NCBI GenBank assembly: GCA_964188305.1
Contig: OZ076898.1
Strand: one strand, 5' to 3'
Source: Podarcis bocagei
Taxonomy: Eukaryota
Length of the DNA: 64,000 bases
Positions 26,201-37,400 of this stretch are shown here, piece by piece. The stretch's first letter is position 1; every line of letters begins with the position of its first letter. The translations under genes were made by a program, and so were the position numbers. The notes beneath the pieces were generated by a model. The model was not told the DNA's origin and searched no databases. It worked only from the letters and a program-made list of their open reading frames with translations.

Positions 26201-29200
26201 GCAGGATAGACCTGGAAGTCCTCAAATGCGCAATATCTAGTGCATATAGAATGAATGAATGAATTTTATTATTTCGGTCACAGACCAGTTCCAGCCCACA
26301 TACAATATCAAGGAAGTCATAAAACATGATAGGGATACATTTGAATTTGCAGTTAGGTATAACAGGGACAATACAGATATAGCAACAGTTTAAAAATATA
26401 TAAATTAAAACTTAGTCACTAACATATAACCTAAAATTATCATTTAAACCCTTAATCATTATGATAGCGCAACTTGTTCCCTAAGTTTTATGGCAATCAC
26501 ACAAGTGCATATAGAATAGATTGAGGCTGGGGTTAGCTGTGCTGCCAACATCATCATCTTAAAGAGTGGTCAATGTGCACTGCGAAGCATGAATGAGTGA
26601 GAGAGTTCTTTACCTGCAGATAGGTTCAATTGGGGGTTGAAACTGGCTGGTCTCAAACCAAATCTGAAGGAGTCCCTTTTTGGTCAACTTTACAAGCAAG
26701 GCCTTGCATAAACCCAGCCAGCACTTTGGATCCCAGGAGCTGCCCATAGAAAACTGCTGTAGTTTGCAAAAAGGATGGCATGCAAAGTCTTCCACGCTGT
26801 TAACTAAGATCATAGGCATAGCACTACTGGATCAGAACTAAGATCCATTTGCAGGCACATGCAAACAGCTAGAATAGTTTTAAGGACAGTACAGTAGACA
26901 AAAGTGAAGATGGCTGTTCATCTTGTTTTGTTCTTTAAACCCAAGGCAGATATCTTTACATCCAGCTGGAAAAGCTTGTCAGAACAAAAAAGAACAACTA
27001 ATGGGTGCCTGGTATATCTGAGCATTATAAAAAAAATATTCACTATCCATACACCATGATTTCATAAACTTTTGCCACCCTGTCCCTTTTTCTAAACTAA
27101 AAATTCCCAATTCTTGCAGAAAGTGCTTCAGCCTCTAGAATCATTTTGCTGTAGAAGCAGAATAGTGTAAACTTAAATGAATGGACACATATAGTAAGTT
27201 TGTATGCCGTTGATGAATAATTATGATGACCATGTTGTGTCAACACTTCCATGTGCAGTAGCAGTTTTCTTACATTTTAGAGCTGTAGGCTGCCTCCAGA
27301 ATCCAGCTTGATTTTTCCTAACCCAGCTTTAACTCCTGCTCTCGGTAGGCCTGGCTTGTGACATTTGTTTTCATGACCCTACTTCAAGTTTCAGTGGCTG
27401 GTTTGACTGGGCTCCACTCCTTGTCAGGAAAGCCCATCTTAGCAGAACAATAGCAGCTGCACCCCAAGCAATCATGACATCAGCCGTTATCTTGATCTTG
27501 TGCTAGGGGCCAGGGATTGCTGTCCTGGCCCAGCCTTTTCTTCTCTGTGCCAAGTTCAAAACAAATAAGCTTCCAGCAGGGGCCAGCTGTGTCTGGAGAT
27601 AGGAGCGGTTGAGTCATTCTGCTGTAGGGCAGGAGTTGCTGTCAATATCTGGGAGTGTACAGGAATCCCCACTGCTGATTTAAGTGACTCTTAACTGAAA
27701 ACTTTGAGGAGAAAGCCAGAGAGACAACTTTGGAGTTCTTTCAAGGTGCTGTTTTCTATCAGTACAGAGCAAGTAGCTGGAGTGTGTGTTGGGGTGGGGG
27801 TGGGGGGTGGAGGAGAGGTTCCCTGTTGCATCAGTTGATCATAATTTGGATAGCCGGTGATGAGCTGCAGCCAAACCATTCTCAGCAAGGTTTTCGCAAA
27901 GGGTGAAAAATTGCACCTAGGTTATTTAGAGGTGCAAAATAATTAACCTTCTGCTCCTCAAATATAAATATCTTTCCAGATTGCAAAATCCACTTCCATT
28001 GGGGGTAACGACTCCATTAGAAAATTACTATGAGCTGTTTTCGATCTGTTGTGCATGTGCGTTTTTTTAAAAAAGGCAGATGGCAAAGTTCTTTAAGGGG
28101 GGGAATAAATTAGGGAGTTTGACTGCTGAGGTGACTAAATTCAGTGCTAAGATGTGGAACTTGCAGCTCCTGCATCTCTTCCCTTTAGCAGTGGAATCTG
28201 CAAGGTGGTGGCACACACATATGGAAGGTAGAGTGGAGGGAGGAGACTTTGCAGATTTTGTTGGCCTCAGCAAATTGTCTTTATACTGAGTCAGACCATT
28301 GGTTCATCCAGCCCAGTTCTTCCACTGGCACCAACCCTCCCAAGCTCCCATGTCGAGCTCTGTTAACCTGGAACCCATTTTATTTGGTGATGCCAAGAAT
28401 TGCACCTTGAACCATCTGCATGCAAACGATTTGCTTTACCGCAGAGCCTTGTTGCTTCCTCTTAGAATTCAAAAGCTGAGGGTGTGTCACCTTTTGCTGG
28501 AGAGGAAGAACAGTGAATCTTCTTTCCTGCTGGAAAAAATGCTTTCCATCTCTCCTTCCTCAGCCCGGCCACTCCCGGCTGGGATGGGTTTATCTCGTAA
28601 CTTTTCAGGCAGCAGTACATTCCAAGCAGATGGTTGCCTTGGCTGAAAAACAAATAGTTTTGCAAAGCGGGGGCTTCCTTATCTCCGCGGCTGTGTGGGA
28701 AGCAAGTGTGTATTTCGCTGCCAGTGCCATTGGCTGATCACGCTCTACCCCCTTAGCTGCACAAAGGGCCCTTTTGACATTTAGTTTGCAGCCAAAGGCA
28801 TGTTGGGGTTCATTGTCTTGCCACCTGAGACCTAAGGAGGGCTGAGATGGAGGGCAGGATGGAGATGTGCTCCGGGGATTGATGCACAGCTGGAATGGGA
28901 GTTTCCCCACACCTTGGGCGTAAAACTAATGGAATGAAAAAGAGAGCGATGGCAATGCAGTCCTCTTCTCTCTGCTTTTCTGTGTCTTAATAACTGGCAT
29001 GCAGTAGAACCCTTCAGCCTTAGGGAACTGAGTTCCAAAAAAGATAACTGAGGCCAGGAAAACAGAATGAAAGTTATCCAGTTGGCTGGCGCTGCACGAT
29101 GCACAGGAGGCGAGACTTGTTCCAGTTGGAGAGGGCGAGATCTTTGGCTAAAAGCAAGGAACCACCTTAGCTCCAGATGGCTGGGCCAGGAGGTTGGGGG

Positions 29201-32200
29201 GCGGGGGAAGGAGGCTCAGGTAATTAGGTGCCAATGGGGAGCTACACATTCCATGGCTGGAAGGAGCGGAACATTCCGTTGAGGGAGGATGTTCTGTGGA
29301 ACTGTGTGTGTCTCCGTGTGTATACACTTAATTTGATACAGGCCTTAGTAGAATCTGAGCTGAACTCGGAAGGGGAGAGGGATTGTGTTCCTCTGCTCCT
29401 GCAGTCTTCTAAGAAGGGAGGGGACCTCCAAGTATGTGTGCTCTTGTCTAGCAGTAGGATACTATCACCAGCTCCTCTCTTGAAATCATGCAGGGCCTTC
29501 TGGGGTTGCAATCTTTTGACTCGGTGCTACCCATCTCCTCCTCCTGCCCAGGAGGGTGGGAAAGTGGGACTTTTTTGTTCCTGACCACCTGCAATTTCTC
29601 CGTCCACCATCTAATCCTGCAAATGGGAGCCCCTTCCAACTGCTTTCCACGCCGCTACTTGGGGCATGTGGAAGGTAATGTTTCCAGACACTGTGTTCCC
29701 TGGACCCGACGGCTGGCAATTCATAAAGTTCCTGGGCTGAATTGCTGCGTGTCCATTGGAGAACAGTGAAACTGAGACCGAGGAGCTCCCCTACCCCACC
29801 CCTTTGGATGTGAACCACAAATTTCTTGCCTGCCTCTTGATCACGCAATGCCTGTTGCCAGAGACATGAGTCTTGAAACTCGCTAACTTCTTTTAAAAAA
29901 AGGCTTGAAATATGGCCGCCCCTCCCTCCCACTAGCCCCGTGTCCCTGCCAATTAGTGAAACAAGTGGAGAGGAGCAGAGCGCGCAGCTGTTTCCAGTCT
30001 GTAAGTGCAGCTGGCACACCCTGGATATGCTGGGAATGCTTGGAGGTCTGGCAGCGCAACTGGTATTCTCAGTCAGGGGGGAGCTGTTCGCCGTCCAAGC
30101 GACGTGGGCATGCTGGCGGGGGCATAGAGAGCGGAGGTGGTGGTGGGCTGTTGCAATCCTCTGCCCTTTCGCTCTGCAATGGTTTTCCCTTAGCATATCA
30201 GAGGCTGCACTTTGCTTGCGTCTGGGATATATCACTTCAGGCTACGGGCGGGCGGCTCACGTGACTGAGCGCTCCTTCTTAACATGCACAAATCTCTGCA
30301 CATAGAAAGGTGGTGTATCAGGAAGAAGAGCTCTAGCATAACCTTTGCCCTGATGCACTAGTCTTCAGTGTGCAGGGATTTTGCTCGTGTGGGTTTGGCA
30401 GGCGAATCGTGAAATTGGAGATTTTGCAGAGAGAGAGAAGGCCAGTTCATATTGGTAGCTGACAAATTCCATCTGTGCCTTTTGCCTTTTGGGGGAAGCT
30501 GTTGCATTTGCTTGCAAAGGTGTATGAGAGTTTGCTTGATCCATTATGCCTTCTGACTGCCCCTGAGTTAAATGAAGTTTCTCTGTGTTCTCTGGTGTAT
30601 TTGGGCTTGCAAGATGGATGTTAGTCTTTAAAAAGAATCCTGCACTTGAAACATTCCACCCTAGAGGAGCAGCGGCAGCAAATCAACTCGTACTCCGTTT
30701 TTCTCTGTATCTGGCAGATGAAGGGGATGGAAAATGTTTCTCACCACAGAGCCAAGAGAAGAGCACGGGGTTTGTTTTCTTAATGAATCATGGGGTTTTT
30801 CTTTCCATGTTTGGTGCCTGTTTATGATTGGGCAGCCTTCCAGTACCATTCCCTTTACATTTTGAGTTCATTAGTGGAAACGGCAAAACAGCAAAGGAAG
30901 CAAACCGATCCTGGAATGCAGGCCTCTGTTCCTTTCTCTGGTGTTTCCCTGTGGCACCCTGAAGTTGGTGATGGAAGAAGAGGGGTTCCAGACTGCTCTG
31001 GTTCAAAAGAAAGATGTCTCACTTGCCGTGGCTTAGATGGGCATTTAGAATAGTTTTTGGAGTGCAGCTGAGGTGAGCTACACAGATCTGAAACGAACTG
31101 TGATCTTGCTTTTTGTATGGTATTCCAGTACTGAATCTTTAGCTTTTTTGCTAAAATGGAAGATTTTTGTTCCACTTTGTGAAATGTATTGAAGCCTAAT
31201 CAACTTGAATAGTTCCCTTCCCATTTCTTTTTGAGGGGAACATCATAGGTTAGGGAAGACATGATAACAGTGACCCTGACTTGGCTGGGTGAACCTAAGA
31301 CTTTGGATTGATGTCCAGGTAATGGCCTTCCACGAAATCACTACTGGGAGAATGTGGCATACTTCCAAAGTTCCCTGGCATAGATACAACCCTGAAGGCC
31401 TTTAAAGAACAGGGAGGGGGGAATCCGGATACCTGTGCCATGTTGTGCTACACCCCTGTGGTTTATTTGAAAAAGGCCTTGGGAGACCTCAGTTCAAACC
31501 CCTCTTGCCCATGAAGCGTTAGGATCAGTGACTATATTTCAGCCTAGCCTGCCTCACAGTGGATGGCGAGGATAAAATATGATAACCTCCATGTATTGCC
31601 CTGAACAATTTGGAGGAAGGTGGAATACAAATACGGTATACACCGCATGAAGCGCTCTCTCTCTCTCTCTCTCTCTGGATGTGTGTTAGAATCTTGGCTG
31701 GTTCTGAGGTGGGTCTCTAACTGGTCACCCCCGGGAATTTCAGGAAAATCATCATCTGTGGGAGGATGCAGAATGCTCTTTGGAAGTCTGAACCATCAAA
31801 TCATCCTGACCTGAGAGATGAGGAATAGGATTCTGCATCGCTGACAGTCCAGAATTCTAAAGAGCCTGTCCTTGCAGGGGTTGTCACTCACGGTTCTTCT
31901 GGGGTATATCCACGGAAGCTGCTTCAGTGCCTGGTTTCCTGTTGTGATGCTAAACCAGATGCAGAGGAGAAAGTCTAAAGTAGTGCTGTGTTGGGCATTC
32001 AGTCCAGGTGTGCCCCTTGCCCTGAGCCTCCTAGACACATGGTTTAGCAGAGATAGACATAACCACAATGATTGTGTTTTTCCTCCATTGTCAGAGATAT
32101 TGCACTCCCTGAATGCCCGCTTCTTGGACTCACGAGTGGATAGAGTGCTGTTGCGCTCAGGTCCTGCTTTGGGGCTCCGCATGGGCATGGGGTTAACCAC

Positions 32201-32752
32201 TGTGAGAACAGGGGGCTGGACTAGATGGGCCTTTAGCCAGATCCACTTTAAGGACCCATGCCATCCACCCAGAAGTGCTTGAGAGAGGTGTGGAGCAGGG
32301 CCAGCAAGAGTCCAGAGGGATGGATAGAGGGGCCTGTATTCAGCCACCAGACCTGAGGTTCCCCATTCCTACGTTTGGGCATAGAGCACTGTTATCGCTT
32401 GCATGCCTGAGTCCTTGCACTGATACCCACTCACATTTGCTGCAATTTGAACCTTCTGCAAAGGCAACCGGGAGGGGGGCTGTGGGTTTAAACTTGGACA
32501 GGGAATTGGGATATCTGAAACGGTACATTGCAGTAGTAAAACATGAATGCCACAGAAAGGATAAGGTCACTGCCACTTTTGAATCTCGAAATTCTTCGAC
32601 ATGCCTCCTGAGCTAATGCTTGTTTGCTTCTTGTGTTCCTTTTTTTGTTTCTCACTAGGGTGGAATTTCAGAACAAGTTCTACATGGGCGCCGGGTTCAA
32701 GTTCCTCCCTTTCTCATTTGACAACATCCGTGATGGGAGATTTGATGAATGA
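4223..32752 (+). CDS. ATP6V0A1: V-type proton ATPase 116 kDa subunit a1, spliced gene, 5'-partial (exons encoding roughly the first 141 aa lie upstream of the window)
   Basis: Manually joined GT-AG exons translate to [52 protein letters not shown]...[24 protein letters not shown]...[37 protein letters not shown], matching vertebrate a1. The 16 constitutive exons sum to 2073 nt (690 aa + stop) and all junction phases agree. Confidence 0.98.
5905..6031 (+). CDS. ATP6V0A1: ATP6V0A1 exon 7
   Basis: ttcag|ATTTGTGGCT...GTGACG|gtataa, 127 nt. [42 protein letters not shown]. Confidence 0.97.
6682..6768. repeat. (AAAT)n + (ATT)n microsatellite, probably a retroelement tail
   Basis: Directly visible, about 21 ATT units. 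Confidence 0.9.
7909..7991 (+). CDS. ATP6V0A1: ATP6V0A1 exon 8
   Basis: ttctag|GGGGACTAT...GAAGG|gtaagc, 83 nt. [28 protein letters not shown]. Confidence 0.97.
8135..8228 (+). CDS. ATP6V0A1: ATP6V0A1 exon 9
   Basis: tttcag|ATTCCGG...CAGATG|gtatga, 94 nt. [31 protein letters not shown]. Confidence 0.97.
8790..9110 (-). mobile_element. Degenerate L2-like LINE 3' end
   Basis: Minus-strand translation [21 protein letters not shown]...AFSVTPP...[10 protein letters not shown] is typical of the L2 ORF2 end, followed by an AT-rich tail. Boundaries approximate. Confidence 0.65.
10679..10891 (+). CDS. ATP6V0A1: ATP6V0A1 exon 10
   Basis: cttcag|GTGCTGAAC...GGCACA|gtaagt, 213 nt. [71 protein letters not shown]. 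Confidence 0.98.
11820..11970 (+). CDS. ATP6V0A1: ATP6V0A1 exon 11
   Basis: taacag|GAGCACAGC...AATCCAG|gtaatg, 151 nt. [50 protein letters not shown]. Confidence 0.97.
13520..13659 (+). CDS. ATP6V0A1: ATP6V0A1 exon 12 (start of membrane domain)
   Basis: ccccag|CTCCATAC...AACGAG|gtattg, 140 nt. [46 protein letters not shown]. Confidence 0.97.
14292..14449 (+). CDS. ATP6V0A1: ATP6V0A1 exon 13
   Basis: ggccag|ATGTTCAGC...AACTGGAC|gtaagt, 158 nt. [52 protein letters not shown](T). The luminal N-W-T glycosylation sequon is completed across the junction. Confidence 0.97.
14738..14828 (+). CDS. ATP6V0A1: ATP6V0A1 exon 14
   Basis: ccacag|AGAAGAT...GATCCG|gtaaga, 91 nt. [30 protein letters not shown]. 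Confidence 0.96.
15783..15901 (+). CDS. ATP6V0A1: ATP6V0A1 exon 15
   Basis: cactag|ATCTGGAAT...CACAT|gtgagt, 119 nt. [39 protein letters not shown]. Confidence 0.97.
16114..16327 (+). CDS. ATP6V0A1: ATP6V0A1 exon 16
   Basis: ctctag|CTACTTT...GGACAG|gtaggt, 214 nt. [71 protein letters not shown]. Confidence 0.97.
16442..16553 (-). mobile_element. tRNA-headed SINE fragment with CR1-type 3' tail
   Basis: Minus strand GGTTGCAGGTTCGATCCCC (B box) ... GAACTAGATGATCCTCAGGATCCTTTCCAATTCTATGATTCT (CR1-like ATTCTRTG end). Confidence 0.7.
16842..16949 (+). CDS. ATP6V0A1: ATP6V0A1 exon 17
   Basis: ccacag|AAAGGG...CACTTG|gtgggt, 108 nt. [36 protein letters not shown]. Confidence 0.97.
17800..17874 (+). 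CDS. ATP6V0A1: Putative alternatively spliced 75-nt cassette exon of ATP6V0A1 (between exons 17 and 18)
   Basis: About 110 nt of polypyrimidine tract, then atcag|GAAGGGCAG...GCAACA|gtgagt. Phase 0-0, no stop. [25 protein letters not shown]. Confidence 0.82.
20182..20242. repeat. (CT)n microsatellite upstream of exon 18
   Basis: Directly visible. Confidence 0.95.
20348..20455 (+). CDS. ATP6V0A1: ATP6V0A1 exon 18
   Basis: ctttag|GGGACACTC...GAGGAG|gtaaga, 108 nt. [36 protein letters not shown]. Confidence 0.97.
21887..21904 (+). CDS. ATP6V0A1: ATP6V0A1 18-nt microexon (orthologue of the mammalian neural PSEDEV/PTEDEV insert)
   Basis: gttttcaag|CCTGCCGTGGAGGAGGTG|gtaagc = PAVEEV, phase 0-0, at the expected position between exons 18 and 20. 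Confidence 0.88.
24999..25116 (+). CDS. ATP6V0A1: ATP6V0A1 exon 20 (contains the essential proton-translocation Arg)
   Basis: ttgcag|TTTGAC...GCAC|gtgagt, 118 nt. [39 protein letters not shown]. Arg codon CGC at 25086-25088 corresponds to yeast Vph1p R735. Confidence 0.98.
25663..25834 (+). CDS. ATP6V0A1: ATP6V0A1 exon 21
   Basis: tcacag|AGCTTTCT...CACTG|gtaagt, 172 nt. [56 protein letters not shown]. Confidence 0.98.
26253..26503 (-). mobile_element. 5'-truncated non-LTR retrotransposon 3' end with (ATTC)n tail
   Basis: 14-bp TSD AGTGCATATAGAAT (26239-26252 / 26504-26517). The minus strand ends AATAATAAAATTCATTCATTC. Clade not determinable by eye. Confidence 0.75.
28600..30920. promoter_or_regulatory. 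Candidate intronic enhancer (TEAD M-CAT cluster, E-boxes, CLEAR motif)
   Basis: Nine CATTCC/GGAATG hexamers in 2.3 kb, several CAGCTG E-boxes, and TCACGTGAC at 30257-30265. No recognisable TEs and locally more CpG. Confidence 0.5.
32659..32752 (+). CDS. ATP6V0A1: ATP6V0A1 last coding exon
   Basis: cactag|GGTGGAATTTCAG...GATGAATGA. (W)[30 protein letters not shown]. Confidence 0.97.
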
Positions 32753-34410
32753 TCCTCTTGAGGCCAGTTGGATGGATGTGTGGCAGTAAACCTTGGCTCC
32801 CTCCTGCATGTGTTTGTGTTTACCTGTGTGAGATAAATCTGAAGTTGTATAGCTCTCCGGTTGTGTAGTCAAGCTGCTAGTGTGACAATATCGTGCTTTT
32901 CTCATGAGAACCCCACTCAAAGGAGAAAGGGAATAATAGGAAAAACCTAAGAATCATAAGAAAATATTGTTCCTGTAATCACCTTGGCAGGTCCTGGGGT
33001 GTGGCAGTGTCCTTCAAGTTGCACAGACAGAGACTACCACGGAGGAGCACATCCTAACCACCTGCAGCCTGTTAATAACAAGCATGTTAGCTGCTCAGTT
33101 TGGTACCGGAAAGTGAAGTGCAGTTCAAGAACACACAGGACTAGAAACTTGTATAAGCTTCTTCTGGCAAATTGTCTTGCCAGAGGGGCCATTATTCCTC
33201 AGTCCAACCACACACACTTATCTCTCCTGACCTCTAGAGCGGCACACTGGACTGCTTGCAACAAGTCCCAGATTTGCCCCATGCAAAAGTTGTATTCCAG
33301 CTTTATGCCTATCCAGCGATTTGCTGGGGGCAGATTTTCCTCTTTTACTGGCATTTTTGCTCTGCCATACCCTCAGTTAAATTGCCATCATAAAATTGCT
33401 TAAAAGGCAACACACATGACAGGCAAGAGAGCTCCCACCCCACCTGCGCCTGCCACACGTCCTAGCTTGACCTCTGAGCAGAGCATTGGCTGCTATTCCC
33501 TCCCCCTCTCATTGCTCTTGCTCTACTGCTTGTAAGCTACATTTTGTCCCCTCTTCTCTGCCTCGCCCCTCTGTGTGTGGGCGTAATCCTCTAGGAAACT
33601 CTGACCGAAAGCAAAGGATTCTTTGGGAAAGGTGACCCCCCACATGGCATTACAACTGGATGTTTTTGGAACTGTCCTTCCCTGGACAAGAGCAGGCCGG
33701 TGAAGGAGGGAGGGAGTTTGCTTGCCTGCCCAACTGCAGAGCCGACCTGTGCCTGGCTCTGCAGGATTAGTTAATAAGGAAACTTTGACTCACCCTGCCT
33801 GCAACTCTGAATGGCTTGTTTTGTTCCAAGGAAACTGAGGGTCTTTCACCTCCAGGAAGCTCCTATGTAACCCTGACATTACTAGATGGAAAGAAGAAGC
33901 AGGGTGGGGAAACCTGCACACCCCGATTACTACTGAGCATTTGTAAAAGCCATCCACAGCAGCCCTTGTGTATTTTAGGGTGGGCTTCCCTAGGAAAATA
34001 GGAATTTCCCAAGGGCGGGCAGCATCTGCCTTCCCTTTGCCATAGGAAAGAGGCTGGGCTTTCTGCGCCTCTGTATGCTGAGTATTTATATGATTCATGT
34101 GTATTTGTGTGACTTAAGCATGCACTGTTCTAGAATTGTCTCGGTATGAGGCCACCTGTGTCGCGCACTAAAGGCAAGAGCACCGGAACTGGTGTGGCAA
34201 CTTTATGGGCAGGTGCTAATCCCTTATTTGCTCTTGAGTAGAGAGTCTGAAGTATCAGGTGCTGCCATGTGTATGTGTGAAATAGAGAGCAACCGGTCAT
34301 TGTGTTTACTGCTGCTGTTTTGGACAAGTGAAGTATTCCCCCCACCCCCCGCTGGTCCTCATCAGTCAATCACTGTGTCTATTAAACTAGTTCATCTCAT
34401 CTGCTGTGTG
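32753..34410 (+). other. ATP6V0A1: Probable ATP6V0A1 3' UTR (about 1.65 kb; end approximate)
   Basis: No recognisable repeats after the stop. AU/GU-rich block at 34080-34130 and a candidate poly(A) signal at 34381. Confidence 0.5.
34381..34386 (+). terminator. Candidate polyadenylation signal ATTAAA
   Basis: ATTAAA followed about 20-50 nt later by a GU/U-rich element (ctgtgtgtcctggtcttctttgactgtg). Confidence 0.5.
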
Positions 34411-37400
34411 TCCTGGTCTTCTTTGACTGTGCCTGGAGTGGGGAGGATTAATGGAAGGGGGTTGGCTGGGCTGTGTCAGCTAATAATAATATTGCACCCA
34501 TGCAGTCTAAAAACTGAATTCTGGGGTTGGTATGAATGATGCAGATAGGATTGCCTCTCATAATTTGCAGGGTGTATTCCACATTTCTGCCACTTTGCAT
34601 GCTTCCGGTTGCGTTGCCGATGGGAGAGGCAAAGTCCTGCCTACAGCCAGCGACTGCGTGGGCAAGCTTTTTCAGCCTCCCCTTTGGCTTGTGGAACTCC
34701 CAACAAATATTTGCAGCTACAAGAGCTGAAAACTTCCTTTAAAAAAAAGAAGTGGAGGGGAACACCCTCTACAGTTATTTGCAAAAAGTTGAATGTTTGC
34801 TCAATACCACATGGTTTCCAAGGAATCCCAGAATCCACACAGCTGGGTTTGCTGTCTCCTGTGGGTGGTCTTTTAGCTAGGCCTAAGACCACAGAAAAGG
34901 CTCTACATCCTGTTTTATATCAGAGAAACTCCAGAGCTTGCTGCCTTCTCTGTGATGCAGGTGGAAGATAAGCCCTTGCCCTTCCATTACCATAACTGGG
35001 TTTAGGGTAATTCCTCAACAGCACAAGCTTCCTTGGAGAAGTGAAGGAAGCAAGTTATTTGTCTCACAGCTGCTGCAAAACTTGTGCTGATACTTGAAAT
35101 GTCCATTACCTTTTACATTGCAGCCAGCGCTATAAACCACCCTTGACAGCTGTATCGTGTCAGCTTCTTGTGGGGAAGTTTTCCCTTCTGTGTTTTGCAG
35201 TGCATGGCTATAGTTGCTCCAGAAGGGCTCACTTCTTCCCTAAAATTGCACACAGCCTGCAAAGGGTCGTATGTTTAGTGTCTTTACAGCACAATCCTAA
35301 CCATGCTCACTCAGAATTCAGGGCAGGGAGCTTCCTGTTGTCAATGGATCCATCCTTATTATGAGAAGAAACATTAAGTGGGCTGGGAGAGGGGTGGAGC
35401 AGCGTGTGCTATCCTTTTTTCTCTGCAAAAGTTCTGCAGTGCTTCACAAATGCCTTCTGGATCTGTTACACAGTGCCTGGGGAGAAGAGCCACATGGGAT
35501 ATGAGAGGAGCGGGTCGATTGTGTCGGCACAGACCTATGTTCCTTCCAGGCAAACAAAACTCCCTTGTGCATTGAAAACTAGCACATCTGGGATAGGTTT
35601 TTGCCTAGCCTCTTCCAAGCATGCCAAATGTGCACATGATTCTTATTTTTCAGTGCAAATGATGTTGCTGTTCAGTCACAATGGTTCATACTGTTTGTAA
35701 TAGCTGCAAATGAGCTGCAGCAAACCTCAGGTTTGCATGCTCCTCCTTCCCTTATGTGACTTCTGCCACCATTAAATTTGCATGTTCTTTTAAGGTACCA
35801 GGGGACTCTTTGGCCTCTCTGTGAAAAACCATGCACACCGATGGTCCTAAATAAATAAAAGATGAGCAAGATGCTTTGCGGATAAGATCTCAAGTTACAC
35901 ATGTGCATGCTGGTATGTAAAGAGTGATTGAGAGACACTCCCTTGGGGTGGGGGTGGGGGAGGTGGGGAAAGGGCACTGGTTGGAAGTCATAGAATGCAA
36001 ATCCCTTCTAAGGCTGGTGATGAACCAGCTTTGTCACTAAAAGGAAAGTGAGAGATTAATGCTTGAAAATGCACCACATCAGAACATCTCTGAATGCCTA
36101 ACCACAGTGAATGTGCACTTCTGCTTTTTGCAACAGAAAGAGGAAGCAAGGTTTCTGTGAAAGTTTGAACTCTTAGCACTTTTTAGAGAAGAAAGTCACA
36201 GCTGGGGGCAGTGGGTATAAATATCTGGGTGACAGCTGGCACAATCAGAGAGTGTAGGCAAGAAGGGATATGAGACATGATGGTTGAATGCTCTGGCATT
36301 TTTGGTGAGAGCTGGAAAAGACTCTGAGCCAGGCTTTTCTTGGTTTCCCTTTCCTCCCTAGTGGGTTCCACACACTGTCATCCCACCCCCAAATTTATCT
36401 GGTGGTCAGACTTGACCCATCCTCTTTTGGAATAGAGGTACTGTGCAACTTCCTTTGGCCAAAGGCTCTATGAGTTTGCTGTATGCCCCCCTTTTTTCTG
36501 TGTTCCTTTAAAGACAGGATGGTGGAGCCTGCAGCCCTTCAAATATTCCTGGACTTCAAGTCCCATAATCCCTGACTATTACCTGTGCTGGCTGGGGCTG
36601 ATGGGAGTTAGGAGTCTGACAACACCTGGAGGGCCACAGGTTCCTCATTTCTGCTTTTAATATTGAATTGTCATGTCTCTTCACCCTGCCCTCCACTGCT
36701 CATGATCCTGGTGCTTCACTGTCTCTGCTGGTAAGTCAAAGCAACAGCACTTTATTTTCTTTCTCCCCTGGCAACGTTTGCAGTCAGAGTCAAGAGCACT
36801 CCATTACGGGCCAGTTACTTGCTGTAAATTTGGAGCAAATTCTGAGAAGAAATAATTGTATGGTAGCTGCACCTTGATCCTGTGATTGGAGAAACTGCCT
36901 GTGGTGCTATTCTGATGAAACTGCAGGTGACTGTGGCGCTGCATTTGAAGTCAGGTACCAGACTGAGGGTTCTGGTCCAAGCAACAATGTACAGACAAGT
37001 GTGTTGAATAGGCGTCTCTCTGTAATCATTGAAGTTGAATATCACAACTTATTTGGGGCCTGTGCAAACTTTCATATGCCTTCTTCCCAAACAATGCCTT
37101 GCTGGTTATGAGGAATTGCTGTTTCCTTCTGCCCTGCATAGGAAATACCAGCAAGAATAAAGGGACTCTGGGAAATGTTTCAACACTCCTCATTGGCTCC
37201 AGCAAATCTGACAGCATCAGGTCACCCTTATAGATATAGAAAAGCTGGGACAAACATCCTCATGCACAATTTGCAACTTAGCCTACTTTCTCTTCTCTTC
37301 TCCCCCTGCCCTGCCCCAAGTTGATAAGAGGTGTGCAGCCAATATTTTTGATACCACCCTACCTTGAATTCTGGGCTCTGGTAAAGTATATCAGTTTCCC

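Noticed and set aside
29486-30235. 249-aa minus-strand ORF (and overlapping + strand ORFs) in the last ATP6V0A1 intron, as a nested gene
   Set aside because: No recognisable domain, non-ATG start, and Arg/Ser/His/Leu-rich composition typical of GC-rich non-coding DNA. Better explained as regulatory sequence.
32750-32760. Stop-codon readthrough of ATP6V0A1
   Set aside because: The context is TGA TCC, not the TGA CTAG readthrough motif.
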